Shown here: positions 34,027 through 46,385 of the stretch, piece after piece
How positions within the stretch are numbered: position 1 is the first letter of the stretch
Layout of the letters: the number at the start of each line of letters is the position of its first letter
NCBI GenBank assembly: GCA_000002445.1
Contig: CP000071.1
Span: 736,001 to 800,000, forward strand
DNA length: 64,000 nt
Direction of reading: 5' to 3'
Source: Trypanosoma brucei
Lineage: Eukaryota
The notes under the pieces: model-generated
Seen by the model: the letters and a program-made list of their open reading frames with translations, nothing else
Told to the model about the DNA's origin: nothing
Database searches by the model: none
Program-made: the position numbers and the translations under genes

Positions 34027-34952
34027 CGTTTAAGGTAACTGTGCGGTCAACCACGCCGACACTTAAAGGAATATCCGCGCTGCTTCGTGTCGTTCATGTT
34101 TCGCCACAGCAGATGACTTTAGACCGGCATCAATATCCATGGAAGTGCAAAATTGGAGTCACAAGCCCTTCTTGGGAACCTACAATTGCCAACAGCGGCA
34201 CCCCGTCGACAAACCATTACTTGCCGGCCCCGTTAACTAATGGAAAAAAGCTCTGCTAGACGAAGTCGTTAAAACCTTTTTTTTTTTCCTTCCCCCCCCC
34301 CCCCACGACCTTCTCTTCGTGTGATGCCTTGTATGGTTTGCGAAACGCATTCTCGTAGTGCGTATGCGGGCTCAATGATATTAAGATAAACCTGTGTCCC
34401 ATAACGGCCAAATTCCTTAAATTTGTTAACTAGTGTGTGGTGGCCTCAAGAGCTATGCGATGTATCGTGAAGAGTAGCGAAATGGAGACTCACTCCGGAA
34501 GTATTGTGAAACTGTGCGAAGCCGTTAGTTGTCGTCTGTTCATCAATGTTTCGATCTGGAGTTTAGTAATATGGAATTCATGAGGTGTGGTGGGGAACAT
34601 GAAAGGGGGGAGAGTAATCTAGGCGGCACCGATACTCTACCCAGTGTATATTATTTCTCATATCCGTCTTTGTTACCCCGCGAAATTCACACTAACCCTC
34701 CATCACTCACTCTCCGTGATTAATCTCCTTCGTGTTAGACATTGTTATTGTGATTGCTATCGCTGGCATCTCCCTTACAAACTCTCACTTGCTTTCCTCC
34801 GTCGCCATTTTTTCTTGCATTTTTTTTTTTGCATAGCGTGTTGTGCATTGCTGCGTGTACAGGCACCGGTAGCACCAAAGTCCAAATTGGACCTGAAACG
34901 CATAACGCATCCGGATTTATATACATATTAACTCATTTTAAATTTTTAGAAA

Positions 34953-37457
34953 ATGGCTCACCCGGTGCCACCGGTTAACCCATATGACCCGCGGGATCTT
35001 CAATCCAAGGCGCTGCAGCGTTGGGAGGAACAGCAGCGGGTGTGGGCTAATATGGAAAAAAATATCAGGCGTCGTGTGCCTGGAAAAGGCCGGGCGGCGC
35101 AACTTGGTGGAAGGAATATGGAGTTTGCGATGTACAAGAAGCGGTTAAACATTGAAAAGCAGTTTCTTCTAGAAGGCGCAGTACCACCACCGGAGTTGGG
35201 GGGTCATAATTTGTGGGAAAGCACATTACGCATACATCCTGGGGAAAATGCAGTGCGATATGTTCGGATGGACAAGACGGAATACCCATATCCATTGTAC
35301 TGTAAAGTGGCGGATAACAGACGAAATGATGCGGATAATCAGACAAACATGCGCATTGTGCATCCGAAAGAAAGACAGCTAGGTGTCGTGAAGGAGCAGC
35401 CACAGCAGCCGAAATCAAAGGATGAATCAATTTCCATTATATTTCCCGGTAAAGAGTACTACAGCAAGCAGGTGGCAAGGAATATATCAGCGATTGAACG
35501 GCAGATGCCTCACTTTCTTGTGCCAAGAGCATACTTAGAAGTTTGTGGAAAGCCGCCACCGTGGACCTTTAATACCGAAGAAGCTGCAGCAGCCAAGAAG
35601 CGTGCCCCGCCCGTTGCTTACCACCCACCTCCGGCTAGCCCCTCCGTAACTGTGTCCCGCACATTCTCACAACAGTGTGGTAGTCAAAAAAAATGTTCAT
35701 CCCTCGGTGAAGATGACGCAGCCACGGCAGTGACACGGCCCGATGTCAATAGTTGCACCGTTGACGTCACCGAGGAAGCCGTGGGTGGTCCCTCCCTCGT
35801 CATATCCACAACCCGCATTTTATTTTTTGCGGAGCCCGGAGAGCTTTCCCATGGCTCAGTGAAAATCAAAAACAACGGCACTACGACCGTTTACTACACA
35901 TGGGCTCCTATTCAGCCAGTCACAGAGTTGGATGACGCCATTACTGGGAATGAGACTAGAGATGAAGAGAGCGGCGGGGACGACGGGGAAATTTCTGGAA
36001 CTAAAAACGAGCGCTCGCAAACTGAATCCGATGAAGGAGGAGCCACATCTGCCAGAACGAGCTGTGATACTGTGCAAGTGACAGCGGTCCCGCAATGGCG
36101 AAGTAAAGAGAGAGGGGAAGAAAGAGGCATTCGCGTGGACGGTGAGGCCGTGGAGCAGCAAACACCACGCGGAGAGGCAAAATTGTCGCTTCGTGCGCTA
36201 GCAACAAAATCCAAAGAGTCAAAAACCTTCTTTTACCTCTCTGCTCCCCTAGACGGCGTCATACTTCCGGATGATGAAATCATTTTTCCTTTCTCCGTTA
36301 GGGCTGCCTTCGCTGGACGCTTCACGCGTCACTATGAGCTTCTTATGTTTCCTACTATGTCGCGACCCCTCGTCGTGGAACTATGTGCGTTTATCCGTTC
36401 TCCCCTGCCCACGTTGAATGCACTGTCGGACCCTGTCGGCGAGGCCTTCGACGCGAGAGAAGGAGTAAACATGCAACGTCAACTGCTTAACACTTTGGTT
36501 GCGAGGGAAAGTATGTACGACGCGTCAGAGATTGCTAAGGCGACCAAGGCGTGTATAGCTGCTTCACAGGCGGAAGAAGAGGCGAGAGAGGCAGAAATAA
36601 CCAGGTGGCGGCTGGCTTGGAATGACTCGACGTACATGGCACTGCGCGTGCCGTTCAACCGAGACATTTACCAACGGTTGAATGCGATGTACGGAAACAT
36701 TATGCGGACGATGGATGAGTGCGGGAGACCATTGCAACACAGAGAATGGAATGGTTCTGTCCAGACTCTTCAGACGAAAATCTGCGGAGTTCGCGATGCT
36801 GTGTGTAGGAATACCTTGCGTGAAGCTTTTAATTGCCTCTTACGCGCTTCAGTGGTTTGCGAGCAGGAGCGCGAACCTCTTGGCCTTTTGCTTCGTCGGG
36901 CTGCGGGAGTTACCGCCTTTTCAGTACTCGCTCACCGTGTCGAACAACTGGATGACTCCATCAGTTATGCACTTGGCATCCGATCGCGTCCAGTGCCCTT
37001 ACAGTCCACTGTCCTGCCAGTGATAGCCATGAATCAGAAGTCAATCAACAACACCAACAACCAAGGTGCTTTATCTGGGCGGGCTAACGCACGGCAGGGA
37101 AGCAGGGCAAGAAGCGGCTTTACCATACAAGACAATAGTGCCGTGCTTTCAGTGCTCACAGAAGAGCAAGGAAATGAAGCGGAAGCTGCCTCGCAAGAAG
37201 CTGCCATTGAACCCTCCGTACAGGAAGAGTACAGAGCGCGTTTGTTCACTGGAATGCGACGACTTGTTGGGGATGCAGTGGAGCAGCTCTGTGCCATATT
37301 AGACGCCTCCCGCAACTCCATCGAGGCGGCATGCGACCTTCCTCTCATGGGTATTACCGTTTGCACGCGAGCACAAGATGTACGCATCATTCAATGCGCC
37401 GAAGATTTGGAAGTGGATACGGCTGTCGAGGCTATTGTGCCGAAGAAGAGGAAGTAG
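34953..37457 (+). CDS. Hypothetical protein (834 aa)
   Basis: This is a long GC-rich ORF with an ATG start and a polyY tract upstream. It has an acidic, low-complexity middle section. No domain was recognised with confidence. Confidence 0.6.
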   Translation: MAHPVPPVNPYDPRDLQSKALQRWEEQQRVWANMEKNIRRRVPGKGRAAQLGGRNMEFAMYKKRLNIEKQFLLEGAVPPPELGGHNLWESTLRIHPGENAVRYVRMDKTEYPYPLYCKVADNRRNDADNQTNMRIVHPKERQLGVVKEQPQQPKSKDESISIIFPGKEYYSKQVARNISAIERQMPHFLVPRAYLEVCGKPPPWTFNTEEAAAAKKRAPPVAYHPPPASPSVTVSRTFSQQCGSQKKCSSLGEDDAATAVTRPDVNSCTVDVTEEAVGGPSLVISTTRILFFAEPGELSHGSVKIKNNGTTTVYYTWAPIQPVTELDDAITGNETRDEESGGDDGEISGTKNERSQTESDEGGATSARTSCDTVQVTAVPQWRSKERGEERGIRVDGEAVEQQTPRGEAKLSLRALATKSKESKTFFYLSAPLDGVILPDDEIIFPFSVRAAFAGRFTRHYELLMFPTMSRPLVVELCAFIRSPLPTLNALSDPVGEAFDAREGVNMQRQLLNTLVARESMYDASEIAKATKACIAASQAEEEAREAEITRWRLAWNDSTYMALRVPFNRDIYQRLNAMYGNIMRTMDECGRPLQHREWNGSVQTLQTKICGVRDAVCRNTLREAFNCLLRASVVCEQEREPLGLLLRRAAGVTAFSVLAHRVEQLDDSISYALGIRSRPVPLQSTVLPVIAMNQKSINNTNNQGALSGRANARQGSRARSGFTIQDNSAVLSVLTEEQGNEAEAASQEAAIEPSVQEEYRARLFTGMRRLVGDAVEQLCAILDASRNSIEAACDLPLMGITVCTRAQDVRIIQCAEDLEVDTAVEAIVPKKRK

Positions 37458-38363
37458 CAAACAACCATATGTGTAAGGGAAAAAGAAAGTTATACAGTTG
37501 TGTGGCGTGGTGCGCGCGAGAGGATAAAGAAATGATGTTACGGAAAGTGAAACTGATAGCATGGTCCGCTTCAAGTCATGATACAATGAGATGCATCGTA
37601 ACGAGTGCTATCGCGGATGTAAAGGTGTGTCGCTGTCACTTGATGGAAGTGAGCCAGCAAAGAAGAGAGTAAAGGTAGAAAAGACGTCGGTGAGGGGGGA
37701 AAAAAAAAAGAAGAGGAATACATATGTCATATGAATTCAATCAAAGAGAGGGAGTGTAAAACACTTCCGCTACTGGGAAGAGACGAGAAACAAAATAAAG
37801 AAAATCTAAAAAAAATAAAGAAGACAATGCTGGAAAGGTAGTGTTGTTTTGTCAGTTCATTAAAGACACAACTCCGTCCACTCTTATGATTGCGTGGCGA
37901 GGAATGAAGTGAAATGTGCTGAAATATCCGGCAAATAAAAAAGTTAAAAGCCGCTGGTACCATGGTGGATGTATGACAATAGACAAAAGAAAACAGAGTT
38001 CATAACGTACGGTGAGCTGGCCAACGCTGTTTTGACATTTTGACGGGAATATCCCTTTTGTTGAACATATGCAGACCCTCCATTTCCTCTTTCATCCTTG
38101 TCTTTTGTTAACCTCTTCCAACATACTTACACGACATACCTTTGTGTGAAAAAAATAATTAATTAATTAATTAAACAAAACGGAAAGTTTGTCAAGGGGT
38201 GAGTGAAGTGAGTAAGCAGAGAAACGAAAGGGGAAATATATAAAAGAAGAAAATTAGGAAGCTCTGTATCCTTTCAAAAGAGGTCACTACAAGAGCTAAA
38301 CCACTTTTTTAGATAAAATAACTAGAAGAACACATTTAGGTAGAGCAGACCATTTACACAGTC

Positions 38364-40616
38364 ATGCGGACAAATGAAGAAAGAGATGATAAGGGAGGGT
38401 TCATTGCGGAGCCAAAGCTGCTAGCGGGTCCCGCACAAAAAAAAGGTGCCCCATCCCCCGCAAAGAAGCGGGCAACGAGTCCTTTCAAGACAGTACCCAA
38501 CCACCTTAACCCTAACAAACAGCATGGTGACTCAATGAACGGGCACAACACTTCAATGGAGAACGCGGACGAAAACTCAGCGGCATTCCGCTCGCGGGCA
38601 ACGGAGATTATGAGGTTCAGAGTGTATGCCCGAGTCCGTCCTTTTATCCCTGAAGAGCTTGCGGATATGGAAGGACAGGAGCGGCGGTCTGTTGTGGAAA
38701 TGACGGAAAACAAAACAGTCATATTAGACCCTAAGGATGGATGGGCACCTAAGGCACAATTCGAATTCGATGCCAGTCTGTGGTCCATCCCCCCTGAGCA
38801 TCGTATCGTGCATACTTTTAATGACACAAGACACAGCACCTACGCTACGCAAAGAAATGTGTATGATGTCATTGCTAAGGACCTTGTGCCCCATGTGTTT
38901 GACGGATTCAACAGTTGTGTCCTCACGTACGGATTGACAGGAAGTGGTAAAACGTACACAATGATGGGCAAATACGACCCGAGAGCTACATGTGGTGGGG
39001 ATGGGGAGGAAGGCATCATTCCACGTGTATCGAATGATCTATTTACCATCCTTGATAAAAAGAGAAAGGAAGAAGAAAAGCCAAACATTCGCTTCCGCAT
39101 TGAAGTTACTTTCGTGGAGATTTATATGGAGCGTGTACGTGACCTCCTCGACCCTGCGCTTAAGAACTCCAAAGGAAGTGAGAAGTTGCAGGACGCCCGT
39201 ATTCGTCAGGATCCCTACAGTGGACCCTTCGTGGAGGGTGTAACGAAGTATCAGGCTGAGAACTGGGCTCAGTGTTGTTTACTGCTAGAGCGCGGCTCAA
39301 CACATCGTACCACATGTGCAACTGCGGTTCACAACCAGTCTAGCCGCAGTCACGCTATTTTCCAACTGACGGTAATTCAGGAAGAAACGATCCCTGCAAA
39401 GGACCGCTACTCACGCCCGACAGTTCGCTGCCAGGCGGGTCGCATTAACCTTGTCGATCTTGCTGGTTCTGAGCGTGGTGGTTTTCAGGATTATGTGAAG
39501 GAGTCAGCGGCTATTAACACTTCCCTGTTGGCGCTGCGTCGAGTTATTGACAACCTCACGGAGCGGCAGAACGTGTTGATGGAACAAGCAAAGGCTGAAG
39601 TGACAGGCGGTTACTTCCAGGAGCGTACTTTGCCCCAGGTGCCCTTTCGAGATAGTGTTCTCACGTGGCTACTGAGCGACAGTATTGGTGGGAATGCTCG
39701 TACAACAATGGTGGCTACGTTGAGCCCGCTTGCAAAGAACTATGGCGACACGCTTGCAACGCTTCAGTGGAGTAGTAAGGCGCGTAACCTTGTGACGCTG
39801 GTAAAGGTGAATGATGCCCAAACAACAGTAACAGACGGTATGACAAGTAAGGCTGGTGAGCTTCACAATGCTGTGCGCATTCAACGACAAAACATGGACA
39901 CACTCCTTGAGTCGCTAAGGTCGAAACAAGCCATCGCTGAGAACTTGGAGAAGGAAATGGGTAGCATGACACGTCAGATGACGTCAATCGATACGGAAAC
40001 GAACAAAATGATCCGGAAGCGGCAGGCGGTTACAGTGCAGCGAACCCTGTTGCGCAAAGTCTGGGCGAAGCAAATAAAAACATTGGAAGAGCGCCTCCAA
40101 GCATCACAGAAACGGTTGGCTCAGAAAAACGCTACGGTGGCGAACTCAAACCGGCAACGTGATGATGCGCTGGAAAGGGAAAACGCAGTGAAGCGAAAAC
40201 TACAAAACTTGAAGGCAAGAGAAGAGGAGCTGCATAAACTAGTCGCAAAGAACGATGCCACGGATGAGGCCTTTCGGGAGGAACTTGCGAGTGCGGAACT
40301 AAGATACCAAACGGAAATGGAAGCTGCGGGTGCAGATAATGTTGTGAGCAGGCTCACCGAGTCCATAGAGAACAGGACCCGAATGGAGCGAAGAAAGCTT
40401 GACGATTTAAGGGAGAAAGTGAAGGCGGCAGAGCGGAAGGCGATATCTATGGAAGCAAAAGTAAATGAAAGTAAGCAAGAGGAGTGGAAGGAGCAGGTGA
40501 GGCGTGATGGAGAGGAAGTGGTACAACTTCGGAGCAAATTAGGTGAGTTGCAGGCACGTTGGGATGCCGTTCGAGAGGAAAACGACAGTCTGAAGGCGAT
40601 GGTGAAGAGAAAGTAG
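38364..40616 (+). CDS. Kinesin with an N-terminal motor domain and a C-terminal coiled-coil
   Basis: The P-loop is GLTGSGKTYTM. Switch I is SSRSHAIF and switch II is LVDLAGSER. The neck is followed by an extended coiled-coil. Confidence 0.85.
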   Translation: MRTNEERDDKGGFIAEPKLLAGPAQKKGAPSPAKKRATSPFKTVPNHLNPNKQHGDSMNGHNTSMENADENSAAFRSRATEIMRFRVYARVRPFIPEELADMEGQERRSVVEMTENKTVILDPKDGWAPKAQFEFDASLWSIPPEHRIVHTFNDTRHSTYATQRNVYDVIAKDLVPHVFDGFNSCVLTYGLTGSGKTYTMMGKYDPRATCGGDGEEGIIPRVSNDLFTILDKKRKEEEKPNIRFRIEVTFVEIYMERVRDLLDPALKNSKGSEKLQDARIRQDPYSGPFVEGVTKYQAENWAQCCLLLERGSTHRTTCATAVHNQSSRSHAIFQLTVIQEETIPAKDRYSRPTVRCQAGRINLVDLAGSERGGFQDYVKESAAINTSLLALRRVIDNLTERQNVLMEQAKAEVTGGYFQERTLPQVPFRDSVLTWLLSDSIGGNARTTMVATLSPLAKNYGDTLATLQWSSKARNLVTLVKVNDAQTTVTDGMTSKAGELHNAVRIQRQNMDTLLESLRSKQAIAENLEKEMGSMTRQMTSIDTETNKMIRKRQAVTVQRTLLRKVWAKQIKTLEERLQASQKRLAQKNATVANSNRQRDDALERENAVKRKLQNLKAREEELHKLVAKNDATDEAFREELASAELRYQTEMEAAGADNVVSRLTESIENRTRMERRKLDDLREKVKAAERKAISMEAKVNESKQEEWKEQVRRDGEEVVQLRSKLGELQARWDAVREENDSLKAMVKRK

Positions 40617-40806
40617 TGGGCATATGCATGAAACACTGGAGGTGCAAGGACAAAAAAAAAGGAAGGAAAAAAGAAAAAAAATAGAAAAGGAAAAGGAAAA
40701 GGAATACTTATGGTGGAGTTGCCACAAATGATACAAACATCTATCGGCGGACACGTGACAAAGAGGAAAGGTGTATGCACTATGGAGTATTCGGAAGGGG
40801 AAATGC

Positions 40807-40850
40807 GTATATATATGTATATATGTATATATATATATATATATACATAC
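40807..40850. repeat. TA-rich microsatellite
   Basis: The sequence is gtatatatatgtatatatgtatatatatatatatatatacatacatac. Confidence 0.8.
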
Positions 40851-41576
40851 ATACGCGTTCAGAGGGAAAGAATGAAAAAGATAGGGAGAAGTGCTTGAGC
40901 ACCAGTCATGTCGGCTACGAAAGTGGAGAGTTGAGGAAAAAAAAAAGAAAAAGGTCCCAGGGCTTTTGGAGAGGGGCCAACAATAAAAGAGGGTAGAACG
41001 TAGGGAACAGGCGGGTGCCGCGCTCAGAACGAAGCTGCAAGTAGAAATACTTGAAAAAGAAAAGATGAAAGCGAGGGAGAGAAAGAGGGGAGGTTAACGA
41101 GAAAAAAAAAGATACATTCGTGGAGGAAGGAAAGGAAAAACGCTGAAACCACGACATGAGATATCTCTCAGGTGTAAAGAAGGGAGGGGGGAATGGGAGT
41201 GCACTGCTTCCGGTTTCTCTTCTCTTTTTTATTTTTCTCCCTCCTTCTCTTATTCCTTCTTAAACGGGCCCGCCACCTGTGCATTTACTGCTTTAACATT
41301 CATTTATTCCTCACCTCCGTGGGCGCGTTTCGCGTGATGGGCACATCAAACATGAGGGCACGGCTTCTTTTTTTTTTTTTTTTGATTCTGTTATTATTAT
41401 TGTTATTTGGCTATGATAGACGATTACTTTCTGCTGATACACATCCCTTCTATTTTTCCTTATTCCTCCTGATTCCTCCCCTTTCTGCCCGCATGCATAT
41501 GCATGTGCTTGTAAGCGTGACCAAAGGTAATGTGAGGCGAAGTCCTGTTGTACATTTTTATATGTAGATAAACAAT

Positions 41577-41598
41577 TATATATATATATATATATATA
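41577..41598. repeat. (TA)n microsatellite
   Basis: The run is tatatatatatatatatatata. Confidence 0.85.
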
Positions 41599-41963
41599 CG
41601 CACACACATCCGTTGTAAACACATAGAATGAGTTCGAAACGACAGGAAAAAAGAGAATAAAAGGAAAGCTCGTGTAAACAAGTGCGCATGGATGAGTGTG
41701 AATGTGGCCTATCGTCTCTTCGTTTATTTTATTTTATTTTCTTCACTTATTATGATTCAAACCTTCTCTTATATCAAGCGGCAAGAAGGTATGATAATAT
41801 TCCGTTCTTTCGCATTTCCCCCACTTCGAGGATCGTCCCCGTATATCCTCTCAATTTCCTTTTGTTTTCTTTGTGTGGTCATTCAATTCATTTCGTTCAT
41901 ATTTTTTTTATTTTTCGCATGGACCAGCACGTGTGGTGAAGAGCGCTTTTCGAAGTGTTTCTT

Positions 41964-41988
41964 TGTGTGTGTGTGTGTGTGTGTGTGT
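41964..41988. repeat. (TG)n microsatellite
   Basis: The run is tgtgtgtgtgtgtgtgtgtgtgtg. Confidence 0.85.
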
Positions 41989-42385
41989 ATTTCGCACCGT
42001 GACGACCAGCGGAAGGTTTGAATGAATGAATGGAAGGATCAACTGAAAAAGATAATGATGATGATAATAATTATTATAATATATATATATATAGGGAAAC
42101 AAGTAACGGAAACGTGCGTGAAGGGAAAGGGAAAGGATATTCTTTTTTTTAAAAAAAAAGATAGCAGTAATGTTGATATGAAGAAGAAGACAAAGAAAAA
42201 AATAGAATGAAGGAAATGGAAAGATATGCCCACTCTAACGCGTGTTTCTGAGGTGTTGGAACTACACGCGCGCGGACAAAATAAAAGAGAGGTAATGATC
42301 CACAACGAAGGAATATTAGTAGTGAAAAGTTATTACCACCACTGTAGTTCGTACATCAACACAAAGCGGCTTAGCATGTATTGCA

Positions 42386-42392
<7 letters not shown>

Positions 42393-42424
<32 letters not shown>
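42393..42424. repeat. (TA)n microsatellite
   Basis: The run is (at)16. Confidence 0.85.
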
Positions 42425-42427
<3 letters not shown>

Positions 42428-43217
42428 ACTGTGGTTAAGGCTGTTTCTACCATAATTCCCCTTTCCTCCTTTCTCTATTCCACACAGAGTCGCCCTCGGT
42501 TGCAGGTGTTAGGTGTTGATGTTGATGATACTGTTGCTGATGTTTATCACCCTCGGCATGTCATCTCCTTTGGCGTTATTATTTTTTTTTCTATAGTTTG
42601 CAGTGTGTCGGCTCACTTTTGTAACTTTGACTATGAGTTTTCTGCCGCTTCACAAGCACATGTCCATTATTATTGTTATTATTATTTCCCTCCTCATTTC
42701 CTTAACTCATTTTTTGGCTGTTTTCACTGTTGGTTCTGGTTTGTCCCTTTTTTTTTTTCTTCTCTCTCTCTCTCTTTCGCTCGCTCGATTTTTTTGGGGG
42801 GGGTGGTGGTGTTCGGTTACCTCAAATATCCCTCATGAGGATATAATACAAGGTAGAAACAATCTTAACTGTGGTCAAGGAACGCGTGGAGTAAAAAAGC
42901 ACTCGCATATATAGTTTAGGAGGGAAGACAAAAAAAAATTTAAAGAAAAAAAGAGTCGAGGGGCACATCTCCTGCACACGCGTACACACAGGTATAATTT
43001 GTGTTTTCCTGTTTATTTGTTTGTTTCAGCACACAGAATCGGGTATTGACGTGCTGTGGCGATCGCTAGCACAAGATAAAGGGGAAGTGGTGTGAAGGTG
43101 CACAGAGGACACGACACCTCACGCAAACAGAGGGGGGGAAAGAAAATAGAAATAAAAGGGAAAAAAGCAAAGTAACGTGACGTAAACTCAAAAAGAGTAA
43201 TTGTCACACGGACCATA

Positions 43218-46200
43218 ATGACTAGTGAAGAGCAAAGACGGCAGTTGTATAACCGACAGGAATATGTTGTCGGTACGGAGACACAAGCAAAGTATGGATG
43301 CACGGATGTACTTGTCGTGGGGGCATGTGGACTGGGTGCGGAAATTATAAAGAATTTAACGCTCACTGGCGTGCGCTCTATCAAAGTATTGGACAACGGC
43401 CTTGCAACACTGCAGGACTTGGGCACAAACTTCTTTTTGACTCCCGCAGATATGGGTAAACCGCGCGCGGAAGTGGTGGCTGCGAGAGCACAGGAGCTGA
43501 ACCGTTTCGTTAGCGTAACTGCTGTCGACGTCCCTTTGCACGAGGTTATACCAGCAGTTCATGTGGTGGTCTTCGTTAACCAGCGCACAACACTGCTTCT
43601 TGCCGAAAACGCCATGGCACGAAAACATAACGTGAAATTTGTGGCATGTGAAAGCCGTGGCGTCGCTGGGTGCGTGTTTGTGGATGCCGGCCCCTCCTTT
43701 ACTGTGCTTGACCCCGACGGCGAGGAAACAGTTGTATGTGTCGTGACGAATATATCTCGGGATGGTGTTGTATCACTACATGAAGACAAGAAGCACGAGT
43801 GCGAAGTTGGCGGTCGCGTGTTTCTTACGGGTTTGGTATCGCCCGAGTCACTAAACTCGACGGTTGATCCCTTTGCTCTACACAACGGTCGGGCCACCAC
43901 CGAGTGCGCACAGGGTGATAATTCACCCACTGGGGCTTCGTCATCTCTGCGGCTGTTTGAAGTGTCGGAAGTCGTCTCACCCTTTCATCTGCGACTGAAA
44001 GACTTCGGCGCAATTGTTGGTGATTCCCCAATCGAAACAGGCTATGCATGCTACCTCCACACGACCAAACGGAAGGTCCTCGTGGGGTTTAAAGACCTTC
44101 AGCTCAGCGTGATGCAGCCAGAGTTTGTTACGTTGTTTGACAGCGAAAAGAAAATGATGGCCCCAATGACACTTCACGCCCTGTTCCGAGCTGTGCACAG
44201 CCATGGAAAGCTGCCGACGACACCAATCGAGGTTAGAGATGTGCTGAAGGCAGCCGAGGCGTACTTCAGTAGTGGAAATGATCAGGTGCACAATGGCTTT
44301 GATGTGGAGACTGCCGAGAGTATACTTTCAGTAATGCATGGTCGGCTTAACCCCATGGACTGCTTCATTGGTGGTCTTGCCTCGCAGGAGGTTCTCAAGG
44401 TGTGCAGCGGCAAATTCACTCCGCTGCGTCAGTGGTTGTACTACGATGCACGGGAGTTGCTTGTGGCACGGGGCGAGATGAGTGAAACCGGGTGCGTGTC
44501 AACCGCGCCAGGCGGGAGTCGTTATGATGGGCAAATTGCTGTTCTCGGCTCTTCTTTCCAGTCTTTCCTTTCTCGGCAGCGTGTCTTCATTGTGGGCGCG
44601 GGAGCACTCGGGTGTGAACTTATCAAGAACGTCGCATGCATGGGTTTTGGCGCCGTCTCCATTACAGACATGGACACCATTGAAATGAGTAACCTCTCAA
44701 GGCAGTTTCTCTTTCGCAACAGCCACATTGGGCAACAGAAGTCTAAAGTAGCGGGAGAGGCAGCACGTGCCATAAACGGTGATTTGAAGGTAAGCGCATA
44801 TCTGGAGAAGGTGGCGCAAGAAACAGAAAATGTGTTTGATGAGAAGTTCTGGGAGTCCCATTCTCTTGTACTCAACGCGCTTGACAATGTAGAAAGCCGG
44901 AAATATGTTGATGCGCGGTGCCTATTCTTCAGGAAACCCTTGTTTGAGAGCGGAACGCTCGGTCCAAAATGCAATGTTCAGTGCGTGATTCCGTATTGCA
45001 CTGAAAGTTACAGTAGCAGTTATGATCCACCGGAGAAGTCTATCCCGCTTTGCACGTTGAAAAACTTCCCCAACGTCATTGAGCACACTATTCAGTGGGC
45101 GCGGGATAACTTCGATGCCGTGTTTTTCAGCACGCCCAGTGATGTGAATGGCTACCTGGAAGACCCCACAACTTTTGCATCTAATTTGGAGCGGGACCCC
45201 GGAACGAAGTCAATTGTATTGAAGGCCGTTCGAGACGCGTTAGTGCAGTGGCCGAAGGATGCTGCCGACTGTGTCCGCATGGCGCGAAGTCTGTTCCACG
45301 AATATTTCAACTCGTCCTTCAGGCAGTTGCTACACAATCTTCCCCTTGACAAGCGCAATGACAACGGTGACCTCTTTTGGAGCGGTGCAAAGAAGCCGCC
45401 AAAACCTCAGGAGTTCAGCGTGGACTCTGAACTAAACGTTTCGTTTGTCTATCACTGTGCCAAACTTCTTGCACAGGTTTACAACCTGTCAGCCTTCACG
45501 CTGTCGGTGAAGGAGGTTGCAGAACTGGCGATGCAAGTAGCAGTTCCTGGTTTTGTACCACGTGAGGCGCGTTTCGAAACAAATGAGGCTGAGAACAAAG
45601 AGGGAGCCGCAGCACAACTTGTTGGTGACTTGACGATGCAAGATCTTCCTCCAGTGAGTCAATTTAACTCTCGGCGAATGAACCCACTGGTGTTTGAAAA
45701 GGACGACCCCAATAATTCCCACATGGACTACATCACAGCTTGCTCAAACCTCCGTGCCACGGCGTATAGCATTCCTCCGGCGGATGTTCACTATACAAAA
45801 CGCATTGCTGGAAGAATCATCCCTGCAATGGTAACAACAACGGCCCTAGTTACTGGGCTAGTGGGGATAGAAGCACTCAAGTACCTCCTCCTCGCGCATC
45901 GTGAGAATGGTGCACAGGGACTTGCTAAGGCCAATCCAATAACAGAGAAAGTACAGGAGGAGTATCTGAGTTTGTACCGCAATGCGTTTGTTAATGTCGC
46001 ACTGCCCTTCATGGCTTTCTCCGACCCCATCGCCGCTCCTGCAAAGACAGTTCCGATGCCCGACGGCTCATCGGTCCGCTGGGGAATTTGGGATCGCATT
46101 GATATTAATGAAGGCCGTGACATCACCGTGAAGGAGCTCGTTAGTATCCTTGAGAAACGGCATCAGCTGGAAATATTCATCATTGCGTTACCATGTGGAA

Positions 46201-46385
46201 AGATGGTATACTCACAGTTTGGTAATGTGAAGGACCGCGACAAACCAGTCTCCGTTGTCGTGCGCGAAAAGACAAAAGGGGAGGAAAAAGATGAGCTGAG
46301 TTGCATTTGCTTTGTCGCCACGGGGAGCATCGGAGATAATGACGTGGATATTCCTCTAATTTATTACAGGTACAAGGATTTTTAA
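43218..46385 (+). CDS. UBA1: Ubiquitin-activating enzyme E1
   Basis: Two ThiF/MoeB adenylation repeats are present: [14 protein letters not shown] and [14 protein letters not shown]. The catalytic Cys region [21 protein letters not shown] is present. The length of 1055 aa and a C-terminal ubiquitin-fold domain fit E1. Confidence 0.9.
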   Translation: MTSEEQRRQLYNRQEYVVGTETQAKYGCTDVLVVGACGLGAEIIKNLTLTGVRSIKVLDNGLATLQDLGTNFFLTPADMGKPRAEVVAARAQELNRFVSVTAVDVPLHEVIPAVHVVVFVNQRTTLLLAENAMARKHNVKFVACESRGVAGCVFVDAGPSFTVLDPDGEETVVCVVTNISRDGVVSLHEDKKHECEVGGRVFLTGLVSPESLNSTVDPFALHNGRATTECAQGDNSPTGASSSLRLFEVSEVVSPFHLRLKDFGAIVGDSPIETGYACYLHTTKRKVLVGFKDLQLSVMQPEFVTLFDSEKKMMAPMTLHALFRAVHSHGKLPTTPIEVRDVLKAAEAYFSSGNDQVHNGFDVETAESILSVMHGRLNPMDCFIGGLASQEVLKVCSGKFTPLRQWLYYDARELLVARGEMSETGCVSTAPGGSRYDGQIAVLGSSFQSFLSRQRVFIVGAGALGCELIKNVACMGFGAVSITDMDTIEMSNLSRQFLFRNSHIGQQKSKVAGEAARAINGDLKVSAYLEKVAQETENVFDEKFWESHSLVLNALDNVESRKYVDARCLFFRKPLFESGTLGPKCNVQCVIPYCTESYSSSYDPPEKSIPLCTLKNFPNVIEHTIQWARDNFDAVFFSTPSDVNGYLEDPTTFASNLERDPGTKSIVLKAVRDALVQWPKDAADCVRMARSLFHEYFNSSFRQLLHNLPLDKRNDNGDLFWSGAKKPPKPQEFSVDSELNVSFVYHCAKLLAQVYNLSAFTLSVKEVAELAMQVAVPGFVPREARFETNEAENKEGAAAQLVGDLTMQDLPPVSQFNSRRMNPLVFEKDDPNNSHMDYITACSNLRATAYSIPPADVHYTKRIAGRIIPAMVTTTALVTGLVGIEALKYLLLAHRENGAQGLAKANPITEKVQEEYLSLYRNAFVNVALPFMAFSDPIAAPAKTVPMPDGSSVRWGIWDRIDINEGRDITVKELVSILEKRHQLEIFIIALPCGKMVYSQFGNVKDRDKPVSVVVREKTKGEEKDELSCICFVATGSIGDNDVDIPLIYYRYKDF

